From the NCBI GenBank assembly GCA_030704615.1, contig CM060732.1, positions 4,712,001 to 4,776,000 on the forward strand: 64,000 nt of DNA, written 5' to 3'. Positions 25,401 through 38,240 of this stretch are shown in pieces (positions within the stretch are counted from its first letter, which is position 1; each line of letters opens with the position of its first letter). The DNA is from Takakia lepidozioides. Taxonomy: Eukaryota; Plantae; Bryophyta. The notes under the pieces are model-generated. The model had not been told where the DNA came from. It saw only the letters and a program-made list of their open reading frames with translations, and made no database searches. The translations under genes were made by a program, and so were the position numbers.

Positions 25401-26497
25401 CTTTCGAGAGATACCGCATGCCCGCCGGAGCCACGAGTTCCCCGACCAGCCGAACGCGGACAAAGCGGCAATGCGCCTTCTGTACAGGTAAATATGCGGT
25501 GCTCCTCTTTGATCTGTTTCCATTGTAGTCTGTGGAGTTCGTGCATGTAAAACGGCTTGTGTGGGGCATGACAATTGGTTGTGAAGAAATGGCGAAGTCC
25601 CTGGGGTGACTGCCCCCGAGACAGGGAAAATGGCGCCGAATTTCCAGTATGGGTGGCAGCCACCCCTGGGACTTAGCCATTTTTGGGGCTCAGAACTGGA
25701 AATTTGGCGCCATTTTTCTAGGCTGGGTTCGAAAGTGGCTAAGTCCCAAAAAGTTGGGCCCCAACCTGGAAAAATGGCGCCGAATTTCCAGTATCGGTGC
25801 TAGCCACCCCCGGGACTTAGCCATTTTCGGGGCCCGGAACTGGAAATTCGGCGCCATTGTTCCAGGTTGGGTCCGAAAGTGGCTAAGTCCCAGAAAGGGC
25901 TGGGCTCCAACCAGGAAAAATGGCACCGAATTTCCAGTATCGGTGCCAGCCACCCCCGGGACTTGGCCATTTTCGGGGCCCAGAACTGGAAATTCGGCGC
26001 CATTTTTCCAGACTGGGTCCGAAAGTGGCTAAGTCCCAGAAAGCGCCCCAACCTGGAAAATGGGCGCCAAATTTCTAGTTTCGGTGCCAGCCACCCCAGG
26101 GACTTAGCCATTCCTCGGGCCGGAAAGTGGAAATTCGGTGCCATTTTTCTAGGTTGGGCTCCAAAACGACTAAGTCCCAGAATGGGCTCCCTCGCCCTCG
26201 GGAAAAATGGCGCCGAATTATCACTTTCAATGCACGGCACCCCGGGGAGCCGGGACCATCGGGCCCACCCCGCATAGAATTTTGGCGCCATTTTTGCAGT
26301 TTCTTGACGAAACATTAACCTCATTCCCGGGACCTGATTCTCTGTGGGTTTCTTGAATGCAGGTACTGCAAGTTCTCCCTGTTGGAGAAAGGTCATCTGT
26401 CCTTCGAGCCGCCATTCTTCCTCGCATGGAGGAACCCTGGAGCTGACTCCATGTACACTGACGTTATCGTGAAGGAGTGGCATCTGGAGCATTTGCG
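22460..26497 (+). pseudogene. ParB/Srx-like-domain multi-exon partner gene (copy A), truncated by a LINE
   Basis: ~23830-24150 LRIPLCRL..VVRPAL..DIDNLK.SF..GY..FYVS..FYVWDDNHRLLA (DGNHR-like); later exons align with 41345-45473 (DPALGADFL/DPGLGPEFL, EKLHR, FFRE, MR..YR) with shared intron positions. Confidence 0.7.
25585..26295. repeat. Intronic array of ~5 x 145-bp units with internal inverted repeats
   Basis: AAAATGGCGCCGAATTTCCAGT (or variant) at 25627, 25771, 25917, 26057, 26204, pairing with ACTGGAAATTCGGCGCCATTTT; also GGGACTTAGCCA/TGGCTAAGTCCC. Confidence 0.9.
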
Positions 26498-27985
26498 CCC
26501 TTTCGCAGTCCTGTTTGCAATTTCATCCACCCAAGACTCTATCTCTGGGTATGGATTCTCAGTTGACAGTTTCTCTGGAATACTCTCTCTTTATTCAAGC
26601 CTGATTCAATCCCTGGATGGGTCTGAAGCCCTCCCCATTAGGGTCTGCCACTGGTCCAGCAAGAACAAAGAATTCAACCTGTCAGCCCCGGAAGATAAAC
26701 CTGTCTTGCATTGGTTGGCAGCCAGTAACTTCTCATGGATGGGGGGGGGGGGGGGGCAATCCAAGATCTCCAGTTGGATCCGGGAGAATGGCAATGGAAT
26801 CTTGATGGTGCCCGCTCTCAGTTCTTCACCTACTCTGCCAAAAAAGCATATGAGGCCCTTAACAGGAAGGCAGACTTCGCTGCAAAATGGAACAATAGAT
26901 GGGGGCATGAAGGTTTCCAAGACGAGAACTGGGATGCAATATGGGCTCTTGTCTGGGAAAAAAGCAAACCGGCCAAGCTAAGTGCCTTCCTTTGGCAGGT
27001 GGCTAACAGGGTGCTCAAAGTAGGGCAATATCTAAACTTTCAGGATGCCCTCTTATGCAACTGCTGTAGCATTGGCTCTCTAGAATCCCTGGAACACTGC
27101 CTGATTTCATGTCAACCTCCGACCCTCATATGGCCCTTCATCTCTTCCCTTTATTCGGTTTGGGGGCCGTTTCCAAGTCTCAATGTGGAGTTGCTCCATA
27201 ATTACAGCAAGACATCTAAATCTAGGGCCTGTTCGTGCCATATCTTTGAGACTCTCCGGGGGGCAACCCTCTGGCAACTTTGGAAGGCCAGATGCAATTG
27301 GACTCTACAAGGTTCTAACACCTCTGCCTCTGCTTTTCTTACTAGGTTCTTCTTGACCTTACCATTGCTGCTAAGTTGGCTTGGAAAAAAGCTTCTGCAG
27401 GTATCGCCAGAGCCCCAGAACGCCAACAAGCAATCCTCCACAACTTCGGCTCCACTTGGGGGAGAGGGGGGATCATCTGCTCTTGCTTGGGTCCTGACGC
27501 CTGCGAGTGGCCAAGGCAAATCCCTCCTCAGTGTAGGGGCAAGCGAGCCCTCCTCTTCCGCATCCTGGAATTTGAAAAGACTGATATCAACTGGAAGCAC
27601 GTCAGACCATCAACGAAATCAAGGCTCTCCTATCTAAGATAGAGGTTAGCTTCTTCTTATCAAAATTCTTTGTTTCTCATGGTTTCTGCATCGCTTCTTG
27701 CATTTCGCCTCTCTCTGGAGAGAAATAAACAACCTTGAGCAAAGCCCAGGTTCATGAGTACCAGACTAAAATGTTAACTTTAGTCTGAAGGATACACCAT
27801 CAGGACCTTGCTGTCCCGTTTAGCTACTCTGCTAGTCATTGTTCGTCGGAGCATCCGTCACGCTAGTCGTGTGTGTGGGCCTTATGGCGACCTTGTGCCA
27901 GTCGGGGTTTTAATTATTTTCCCCGCAATAATCATTAATAAAACGCCTCCAGGGCATCTAGCCCCTGTTCTTGGGAAAAAAATAA
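26498..27985 (+). mobile_element. 5'-truncated LINE (L1-like) with zf-RVT
   Basis: W..IW..VW..KPAKLSAFLWQVANRVL..CNCC..ESLEHCLISC..IW..LWQLWKARC; 3' ATTAATAAAA and A-rich tail. Confidence 0.8.
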
Positions 27986-29666
27986 ATCTGCTTTGAAATT
28001 TGGGGCAACATGCTTTAGGTGCCACATAATTGGAATCTGGATGGGGTATTGTGAGGAAATGTTTTTTTGTTGATCCAATTTCCTGGTCAAACCATTTTTT
28101 CTCTAAATCTGGAGTGTACCCCAAATTTTGGGCTTGCAAATTTCTTATAATCTTCCAAACGACACGGTGAAATGAGCTGAAATTTTCACAGAAGTTGGAT
28201 GAAGTAGGTAGCCTCCCATTCATATGGTTCATCCCTGTGGATGTTAGTGTCCTGAGAGATATACCCTCATCCATGAGGGTAGGTCTTGTTTTGGAGGGGG
28301 CCCACCAAAAACTGCCTCGTCTATTAGGGGTTAAGGTATTTTGCCAGCGTGGCAAGGACTTTACGGACTGGAAGGTACAGTGCAATCTTCTGCCCTATAA
28401 ACGACCTAAAAATGAACTACGAAAAATATCATGGTTGTTTACGGTATTCAAAGAGCTGGTTATGTAGGGCAGTTGTTTGGCACCCTTATTATTTCCTTGA
28501 AGAGTCCTCCCATGGATCTAGCCTATGCTGGTGGGCCCTTCTCCTCTCTGAACTTGTTAATCGACCTATCCTCATCTTCCTGCCCTCGGTAGCAACGTGG
28601 AGGGTCCGGTCATGAATGATCATGCTCTCCTTGTTGGCTGATGACGATGCTTGCACATAATTGTCATTTCCCACACTTATAACCATACCAGTTAATGATG
28701 CTCTGGGTGAGCGCGTCTGCTATAATTGCCCGCAGTGCTACTGCCTTTGTGGGCGCAATATATGACAAGCTGTCAACATGAATCTTTCTCCGGCCCTTGC
28801 AAAGCCGTAACATGGTTGCATGCAGAAGGTGCAAGATGGGTACCTATCAATGATCCGAGTAAACAATCTCCAGCATTGATGGCATGAAGTAATGGCACCC
28901 ACAAGATTATTGGTAGAGATAGAGATGGGTATCGCTATCAGGTCAAGGCATGGAGCATTCTTCTGATCATGTATTCGAGATCGCCTACTATCGGACAATC
29001 ATCAATAATAGTGAAGGAAAAACAAAGGAAATCAAAAGACTAAAGAGGGGGGCAAAAGGAGGTAAGAAGAGAAGGGGGTAACCGGCAGAACCCCGCGCTC
29101 AAGCACGTAAGCACAGACACCGCTGCAGGCCACGATGCCCACCCTGCCTTTGCGCCGCATTCTGCCTCTCACCACTTCGTGCTCAGCGAACCCGTTTGAT
29201 CTTTGCTCTGGACTCTTACTGCACCCCCTGCAGCACTGGGTTCTTTCGCTCTCACTCTCATCCTCCAGAGTGGGAGCTGTTTTCCGAGATTTTCTCAATT
29301 CTAGTGGCCACTCCAGCTGCAGTGTTGGAGTGGGGAATGTTTGGCACTGCGGTGTGGCGGGAATGACAGTAAGCAAGCTTGAGGTGTTTCTCCGGGACTC
29401 GCCTGAGAGCACTGGCGATCACACTTGAGAGTCTTTTGGAGTTGTCGAGGAATTCAGCTGAGGGGTCGTTCATGAGAAATGTAGCCAACAAATGAGAATG
29501 GCCAGGCTCGACACTATCTAGGATGTTTTTGTATTCGAGTCTTCGGTCGTAGGACACGGACGAACTCAGTGGTTCTCCTCGTGATTGCCATGGCTGTCAG
29601 GAATACTATGCCAAATCATTTTCTGGTGGTCACGCAAACGTGGATTTGAGGAAAATTATTGGTGCA

Positions 29667-32600
29667 ATGGCCAGGCCTCGCAGTATTTTCAAGTCTGCCA
29701 ATTTCGAGACAGACTCGAGCATGAATGAAAAAGTGAAAGGAGTTCGGCAACTGCTTCAGAAAGATGGCCCCCTCTCTAAGCACCAGGCACGTTTACTTCC
29801 GACAGGACTGTCTTCACGCTCTTGCAGATTTGAGCTGTAATCTTCGCTCAATGGCTGTCGTTTTTGTTTGAGGAAATGTTCTCCTTGTCAGGAAGCTTTT
29901 GGTGGTACCTGCGCGTCAATACTGACGGTCATGGCTTCTTCTGTCTCTCTCATCGTTGTGTTCCTGTGGCAGGCTGATTTTTGTGATGATTCATGCGTGG
30001 AGCGATACTTGAGAGCACGTGGGTACAACGTTCGGAGAGCAGCAAGGCTGCTCAAGTCTACCCTGAACTGGCGAGAAAGCATCGACATTGGTAAGGTATC
30101 CTGCACAGTGAAGTTTAAGTGGTGCGTAATGTACGTCAGCAAAACAAGTGATACACTTTGCAAGTGTCCGTGTTAGATTCCTAAGATGTTTCTTCTTATT
30201 CTTAGTGACCACTGGAATGCGGGCATTTTTCCAGGCTACCTTATAGCAGATGAATTCCCTGCCGAGCTTGCAGCAGGAGCAGCATATGTTGCTGGCCTTG
30301 ATGACGAAGGTCGACCCGTGTTGGTATGGCCTTCCTCCTGAACCTGAGCATTCCCACTTCATGTACACACTTCGTTGTTGCACAACTATGGGATCCGTGA
30401 AGACCTCAGAGTCCTGTACTTCTCAAGGAAGCCTAGGTTGGAGGGTCCTGTTCACTTCGTCCGTTTGGATTCATCACCAGCAGCATAACCTCTTCTCCTT
30501 AAAATGACGAATGTTGGAAGAAGACAAGTTTCAGGTGAAGCTTCTATAGCTGGAAAACCGGTGAGTGACCTTGGCGAAATCAGCCTTGCAAGGGGGGCGA
30601 GTCCTATGTATTCGTTGCTGTAAACTGACAGCAACCAGGCCCTTTGATATGCACATTGCCTCTTCAAACCTCCTCAAAGCAACTACCCAAGCTACACTTT
30701 AAACCAGGTCTAGCTCTACACAACTGAGGGTCACAATCCACAATATCGCGTAGGCAAAACAGTCAGCAGTGGATGCACATCCTGCTATCTGCACCTTATC
30801 ATAGCACTCTAAGGCATCTTTCCTGATGATGCATCTGGAACACAAAGGAATGGTGCAACTGCTACATGGAACCACCAGCAACAACAGGATTAAAATCAGG
30901 AAGGGGGCAGTCCTTGATGTGAAGACTTGTCCATGTTTGCAGGTAATAAAGAAGAAGCCAGACTACATCAACAATCACACTCACAAACGGTGAGCCACCC
31001 TAGAGAAACTTATTGCAGCAACCATTGTGCTGTTTTTGTTGAGCTTCATTCTGTATGCGATCTTTCAAGGCACTTTGCAAGTAGAGGTGTTATAAGCTAT
31101 TTGGGGCCTGAGACTTGCAAGCAACATTATGTTTTATTAAGCCAATTTGCTACTGACAGAGTTGCTGCATTTGAACAGATATCTTCGATATGTTATATTT
31201 ACCATGGAGGTTGCTGTGGCAGCCATGCCTACCGGAGTGGACCAGTGGATTCTGATTCTAGATGGGGGGGGTAAAGTCTTTCTTTGTTTCTCTGAAGTTT
31301 CTATAAGAAGTATCGCGTCTTGAGCTGAATCACAAGAGGAAGGCTTTTAGTATGTTTTTGTGATTCTCATTATTTCATATATGTGCATACTTCCAAGCAT
31401 CACTTTGAAATTGTAAGTCTATTTGGCACAGCATATGTGGACAAAGCTGCAATATCCAGGATCTGAATATTTGAGGACTTCGTAGTATCTAATGCCAAAT
31501 TTTCCTTGTGCTAAGTGAAGCTGTATTAGAAGATCACATGGCCTACCTGGTAGGATGATCTTGCCTACGGGAGGTGGTGCTGGTTTTGATGTCCAGAATT
31601 GACTTGCCATTAAGCTGATATTGAACCTCAGTTTGTGATTTGGGAGGTGGGTCCTAGTGGACAACTTTGCTTAGTTGGTGCGGGGCTTCTGAGTTGCTAG
31701 GGAAGAATTGGGCAGAAGCAGCCCAGATTGCATTTGAAGTGACTCTTATATGCCCAGCTCTCAACAGGAGGCAATAGGTCCAGTGGGGTATAAGGAGGCA
31801 AAACAATCTGTGAGCTCCACCTGGCGCCCTCTCTTTCTGAGCTCTCGTCAGAATTATCGCTTCTACATTCTGAGTAATTGTAACATGATTGTGAAATGTG
31901 CTGCAGGCTATTCAAGAAGAAGCTCCCTGTCTCCAAGTGGAATCCTCACCACACTGAAGATTCTTGCCGATCACTACCCAGAGAGGTTGGCCAAGGCCTT
32001 CATTGTCGATGCCTCTCCCATGTTCTACTATGTTTGGAAGGTGAGGTGTTTTCCAGCATACTCGTATATGGGATTTGCTGGTTAGCAGTTCTTCCTCCTC
32101 CCCCTTTCTCTCTCTCCTAGTGTTTCTGTCCCTTTGTGTTCCGCTCAAACTGAGCATGAGGTCAATGGCCACAAGGCTATGGCAAACAATGTCTTATGAG
32201 TACATTCTCTCCTAGAGCTCTCCTTGCAGTATGGCCTTCGAATGTCTGTTTCTGCTAAGCTCCCTTGTGTTACAATGGCAAGTTGCTGATACATAGACAT
32301 TTCAGGGAATCTGCACATTTGTTGACCATACGACAAGAGGGAAGTTGAGCTTTGCCTACTTGAAAGATTACAAGCAGGTCTCAAGACCACTGCAGGGTCC
32401 TAAGCCAACTCTGTCAAGCTCCCCATATAACCAATCATGGAGACATGGCAATTCAATGGATGATACTAAGATCCCAAACTCAATCTATTGCTCCACAGCA
32501 GGTGAGTAAAAAACATACTTCTACCTGAAAATCATCAAGCATCTTTGATTCATGATATCTGGTCCCTTTTTATGAGCCTCCAGTGGTTGTTGAGGCACTT

Positions 32601-33156
32601 TTTATGAGCACGGACGCAATTTCTGTTTTCAGAATCCGTGCTGATCCAACCAGATTGGTATGACTTGGACACTACAAAAAATATTCTGTTGTGTTTTTCT
32701 GTAGGTGAATCTCCTCTGTACGAAGTGCCGTCTTCAGAGAAGAGCTTGCATTGTCTGGAAGGACCGGAATTGATGTCCAGCACACGCGTGAGATCTTTCT
32801 CGTTTTCTTCAGCAGCTGTCTCCATGTGTCATTCACCTGATGAACAAGGAGAATTCTCAAGTTTCAGAAAGGATGACCCGAACATAAGCAACTCACAAAT
32901 TCCAGGCACGGTCACCAGTGCAAAACCAAGAAGACATAAGGCGCCATCATGGGATGGGTTCGCATCAATTTTCTCTTCACACAAAAAGGAGGACTCATCT
33001 CCATTCCAGGATGAACAGACACAAACGAATGTTCACCTTTTCAGGCCCTACTTAAAATTTCTGCAGGTGCCTTATGATGAGGCTGCATACAGGGCACTGA
33101 TGAAGCCTCCCCTTGGTGGGCTGGCAACTATAATTTCTAAAGATTTGAAGCGGTAA
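29667..33156 (+). CDS. Sec14/CRAL-TRIO lipid-binding domain protein, 8 exons (29667-29786, 29973-30090, 30235-30323, 30943-30989, 31179-31270, 31907-32040, 32306-32501, 32705-33156)
   Basis: Spliced frame is open: [66 protein letters not shown]; C-terminal [19 protein letters not shown] as in plant Sec14-like proteins; intron 1 has a GC donor. Confidence 0.9.
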
Positions 33157-34984
33157 ACCAGCTTCTGACTCCAGATGGGTTAGATCTCTAGATTTGGATT
33201 GTGTTGATGCCTTGTAGTCTGTACTGGCTAGAAACATGGTTCGAGTCAATGTATTGTGCTGTTCCTCTAATTTGTGTATACAACTGTTTACAAAACATTT
33301 GGAGGAATTGGGCCTTTCTTGTGGGAGTTGAGAAGGGGTAGGATCTGTCTATAACTTTTGCAGTAAATAGTGGAAATTCTGACACTGTTGGCAATTACTT
33401 AATCCTCATCCTAGGTTTTGTCACTAGCTCTGACCTCACCCTTGTATGCATGCATTGTTGTGGCAAAGCTCAGATCGCTGTATCTGAAATCATTGGGATT
33501 TGTGCCAGCCAGAACCTGCAGATAGTGTCTGAATGGACTGAATGGACTGAAGCACCTTCAATGCATGCTCTCTTTCAGGCTGATCTAGAAATGTGTATGC
33601 TGGACCCATTACATCAAAGTCCATATGCTCCAGTTTGAAATTTCCTTCTCTGGATCTGTATGCACAATATATTGTGTGTGAACTGTTTATTCCGAAGGCC
33701 TTGATTAACAGTTGCTTCATTTGCTCTGATATCTGTGCATAGTGCGATTGCCCAACAGCTAGGACAATAGTTGACTTCTTAGGACAATAGTTGACTTCTT
33801 ATTACAGTCCTACTTCACACGCCGGAAAGTTGTTCATGCACTTGCTAATATTTCGTACTTTTAGCAGCCGCATTGGATGAGGTTTTCTTCCAACAGATAG
33901 GGGAGAAAAAATTGCTGATGTTGTTGATGCAGATTATCCTCTGTTTGCATCTTCAACGAAAGAACCCAATTTGAAGGTGAGACAGCTGCCTGTGAACATT
34001 TGTATGCCAGAAGACTGCAACAAAGAGTTTGCGTCAGTGGTGGACCTCGGGTGTGTCTGCCCCAACACCTTGATCACCCGTATCGCCGGTCTATTTGAGA
34101 TTCTCCAACCCAGTATGTTTCCTTTGTAGTTCCTCACAAGGTTTTTGCTGAGGTTTCCAGAACCCCAATTTGGAGCACCTTGAATGAGTACGACTGAGTT
34201 TACATGTCCTTAGTGTTTTCAGTACTCGAACTTGGTGCTGGTTTTCTTTCTAATGAGGTCCGCCTCAAGTGTGGCAATCTTTATGTTTGGTGGATGAGAG
34301 CAGTGTACTCTTGAAACCAGACTCTTGCCACAAGTGAAGGAGATGGCTACAAGAACGAGAGCCACATTCTAGGAAGATGATTGACTGGGAACTCTAGCTC
34401 TCAACATGGCGCACTTTGTCATGCATTCTGCCACCAGCAAGAATGGTCTTCCTTCAGGTCCTGTCACCCAATGAGCAGTTTGGCTGGTGACGCACTGTGC
34501 AGGGTTGACTGCATGGGGCCAGATGTATGCACGTTAGTTTGCTTTAGGTCCCATGGCAGTTGGTCCCATGGCAGTTGCTCGTGCGTCTCAAGAGCCTTCT
34601 ACCACCCCAATTCTTGCAATAATTGCCAACCATTTGACCTGCATCCCCTTTATGCTCCTACATTTGGCATACATGGACTTTTATGGCCTTTCCAATTGGG
34701 CTCTTACACATGCCTTGAGAACATAAATTAATGTGATGCTATAGGGAGTTTTGGGTGAGCATTTCAGCTCATTTCTTGTAAATATATTTCCATCTTTCCA
34801 TCTTTCATCTTATTCATGTGTCGCACCGGCCTCACCCTCAATTCATGTTTGCTCAATTGTGTACCTGTTAAATCAGAGAAATGGAAGCTGTAAGGTCTCC
34901 CAACACAAAACCATGGAAAAAACAAAAACCACCTCCAATTCACCCCCAAAATCAACCCCCAATCCCCTCCCCCCCACCACGCGG

Positions 34985-35661
34985 ACTAGCGGCGGAATGG
35001 CGTCGCTAAGACAAGCACCCTTGCGACGGGTTTTTTTGGCGGGGGTCGCAAGCTGCGATGGCCGGGCGTCGCAAGCACACCATGCCGATAGCAACGCCCG
35101 ACCCCTCCTGCAACGGTTTTTTTTAATCTAGGGGTCGTTAGCGGCGTCGCTGATCCCAACACCCTGCCTGCGCCACGTGTTTTTATTTTTTGATTGAAAA
35201 TCTAGAAAGTGACGCCAGTGCGTCGTGGGAACCCACGGCCGAGCGTCGCAGCACCCGACTCCATCGGCACGGGTGCTTTTTCTTTGCCACACCCAAGAGT
35301 TGCTAGCAGCGACGCAACGGCGTCGTTTATCCTACCACCCGACTTACGCCACGTGTTTTTTGTTTTAAGGATACGACGCCCGGGCATTTTAGAAAAAAAC
35401 TTGGTTGCGACGTTGAGTTGTCGCCCCTCCAATGCCGTCGGCTGGAGGGCAGCGACGGCCGAGCGTCGCTAGCAGGAGGCCCCTGCCATCGCCATGGACC
35501 ACCCAAAAAGCGACGTCTGGGCATCGCTGGAGGGGGGGCGGGGGCTTGCGACGTTTTTTTTGCGACGCCTTGGCGTCGCAAAAATGGCGCCATCCCCGTG
35601 CCGGAAACGGGCGGTTTAGCAACGCCGCGGCGTCGCAACCCCCCCCCATTTTCCTGTAGTG
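34985..35661 (+). mobile_element. Right end of a CACTA (En/Spm) element with GCGACG/CGTCGC subterminal repeats
   Basis: Ends ...ATTTTCCTGTAGTG (reverse complement CACTACAGGAAAAT); dense short inverted motifs; cuts the adjacent gag fragment; no left end found. Confidence 0.7.
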
Positions 35662-36315
35662 CCTAGACTTCAGATTAAGCCTAGCAACCTTAAACATCTT
35701 GTCATTGATTGACTCACGAACTTCACCTGCCATCTGAATCCTCTCAATCCAGTCATTCACATCCTCACTCTCCCTTCCTGAGAAAGGGAACTCCATACCA
35801 GCAGGGCTGGCCATGATTGCAGTCAAACAAACTCAAGAAAGAAAGAAAGCAGGAATCGAACGCCTCAATAGTTCAGACACAAACCAAACCGAAAGCAAGA
35901 GTTCCAAACCTCAGTTTTGTCCACGATACCATTCCCAAACACCATTGCGGAGCATCTGTATATATCCACCCCAAGTCACCTCTCGAGCCATGGTGTTGAT
36001 TCTTACCCAATAACCTCCCTCATAGATCCAAAGAGCAACAGTACTTTGTCCTCCAGCATGAATCACCTTTAGGAAAAGGTCCCCTTCAAACAATCGCCAT
36101 GCAGGATTGTAGAAATACAAACGAGGTTCAGGGTGCACTCTGCTGTCGTGTTGGCTAAAACAGATCAACACATCTCTAATATTGGGTTCATCAGGGATCA
36201 GGGTGTGATCCCTCCCAGCGGGGGCTGCTATTTCATGAGCAGCATGAGCATGAGCGCACAAAAAAAAGGCATGAACGGACCATTGTGTGTCCACGGAAAT
36301 AGGGGTAGGAGGCAT
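35662..36315 (-). mobile_element. LTR-retrotransposon gag N-terminal fragment with upstream unknown ORF
   Basis: FPFSGRESEDVNDWIERIQMAGE..KVARLNL is a gag-like start; ORF 35911-36315 unassigned. Confidence 0.5.
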
Positions 36316-36585
36316 AGAAATAGGGTCATGTGAAGTTGGAATGTGGCACCATTGGACTCGTCATAGCAATGAAATGCAACATTTTATTGCAAATTCTGTG
36401 GCGAGCCACATGTATACAAGTATGTCCTAACTGTCATAGCCGGAACTATCCTCCTCTCCTACACCCTCCGAGGAACTTGCCCCACCTGCCTGCTCATCCC
36501 CCTCATCCCCCTCATCCTCTGAGCTCTGAAATGCATCAGTTCCACTATGCCTCTCAAAAATATTGTCCTCTCCTTGGGGGACTGT

Positions 36586-38215
36586 CTACCTCACCTCCAG
36601 GGAATCTTCTGCCTCTTCTCCCCCACTTTCCTCAGCAAAATCCAAGACAAATCTACGAGCCTCATGAGCTCTAATAGTTGTTGCCTCCTCCCTCATCTTC
36701 ATTTTCCTGAGGCTTGCCTCGTCTAAAATCTGTTGTACACGACTAGGTTCGGAAGACCTCCTAATGGACACCGAAGCAAGCCGGGCAACATAAGTAGGAA
36801 GGATGTAGTCCATTTCAGGACTCGGCATGAAATCACCCTTGGCAAAAAAATGTACGTTCTTCCTGCCAATGAAGTGCGGTGATGTCGTCTCTCCTGCAGA
36901 ACTTGGCATCCTGCAGTAAGAACAGATCCACTTCAAGAATGTCAAATACCAGCAGAATGCAGACTTGGTCTTTCAATGAAATAAGAAAGCGAAGGGAGGT
37001 GCCTCATGAAATCAGGAGGCAACTTACAATGCAACCACTCACTCGTAAACCGGGGGCTCTTCGGCGTCGATCCCAACTTCTCCCTCCCCTTTCTCCTTAT
37101 CTGATTCTTCATCATCCTCCGAGGATGCCTCTTCGTCTTTCGGCAGACATTCAGCCGCTGCAAGAGTGGAGTTGTGGAGGGCAGTATCTGCCTTAGGCGC
37201 CTTAGTGGCAGCCATCTTCTTTGCTTTCCCCTTGAGCTCTTGCAGAGACTTGGTGTGTGCCACCTTCCTCGCCCTCGCAGCCAGAGCGTCAAGGAAGCTC
37301 TCGTTCACATTGGATGAGTGTTTGCGGTACCAACTTGGGCCTCTTGGAAACGTCACCGCTGCATATCGTCGTGAAGGCTAGCCCTCAAATGTCAACTTCT
37401 TGGCAGAGCCAGTCCCACTCCGGTTTGACTTCGGATCCCGGACTACCGATGACTTGGTAGCAGCAACAGCAGGGCCAAGGCCGTGGACAAAGTTGTCGTC
37501 CGAGTCCCCCCCCCCCTCGGCCCCCTCCTGCGCCTCCTCTTGGGCCTCGTTGGTTTTCTGCTTCTTTGGGGTTGCTGTAGTCCCCTGTTTCCGTGTCCTT
37601 TTCTTTGCCCTCCCTTTGTCTTCTCATTTAACTTCTCCTGGATACCTGCCTGAGCAAGCTCAATCACTTTGCGGGACTTGACAAGTGCTTTCGCCTCCTT
37701 TGGACCCAGCGGAGGCAGCGGAGCTCGGTTTTGGCGGACCTCAGCATCCAGCTTCAATTGAAACTCCGATGGGTTGAGATTGCCTGGCGGAAGATCCAGA
37801 TACCAAGGGCAGTTGCGCAAATGCTCCATGTGCCACTCCTTCACCATAACGTCAGGGTACATGGACTCAAGGCCAAGGTTACGCCAGGCGAGGAAAAAGG
37901 GAGGCTGTCTGGCAAGATGACCTTTGTCCAGAGTCCCAAGACTCCCCACGACTCCCACCACAAGGTTTCCGCCCCATAGTGAGTCCTATGCCACCCCCAC
38001 TAAGACCCACTAAGCTACCACCACCTCTTGTGGAACCACCCCCACCGCAACCCGGTGTGTGAGGCTCCACCTAGTGAGCGCCTCCGCTTCCTTGAGTGCC
38101 TTGGGCACTCAAGGGTGCTTCAGCCCCCGCATCTATTGTTGCCACTATCCCCACCACAGGGGCAGCCCCTCTTGCGTCCCGACCCCCTGCCCTCAAGGTA
38201 AAGGGCCGCGACACA
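36586..38215 (-). pseudogene. Internally deleted third copy (C) of the partner gene
   Basis: 37931-38215 is a near-identical reverse complement of ~22880-23165, fused directly to KGHLARQPPFFLAWRN..KEWHMEHLRNCPWYLDLPP (equivalent to 26385-26497 and ~43400-43550). Confidence 0.75.
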
Positions 38216-38240
38216 GCTATTATTGCTGGAAGCATGACCC

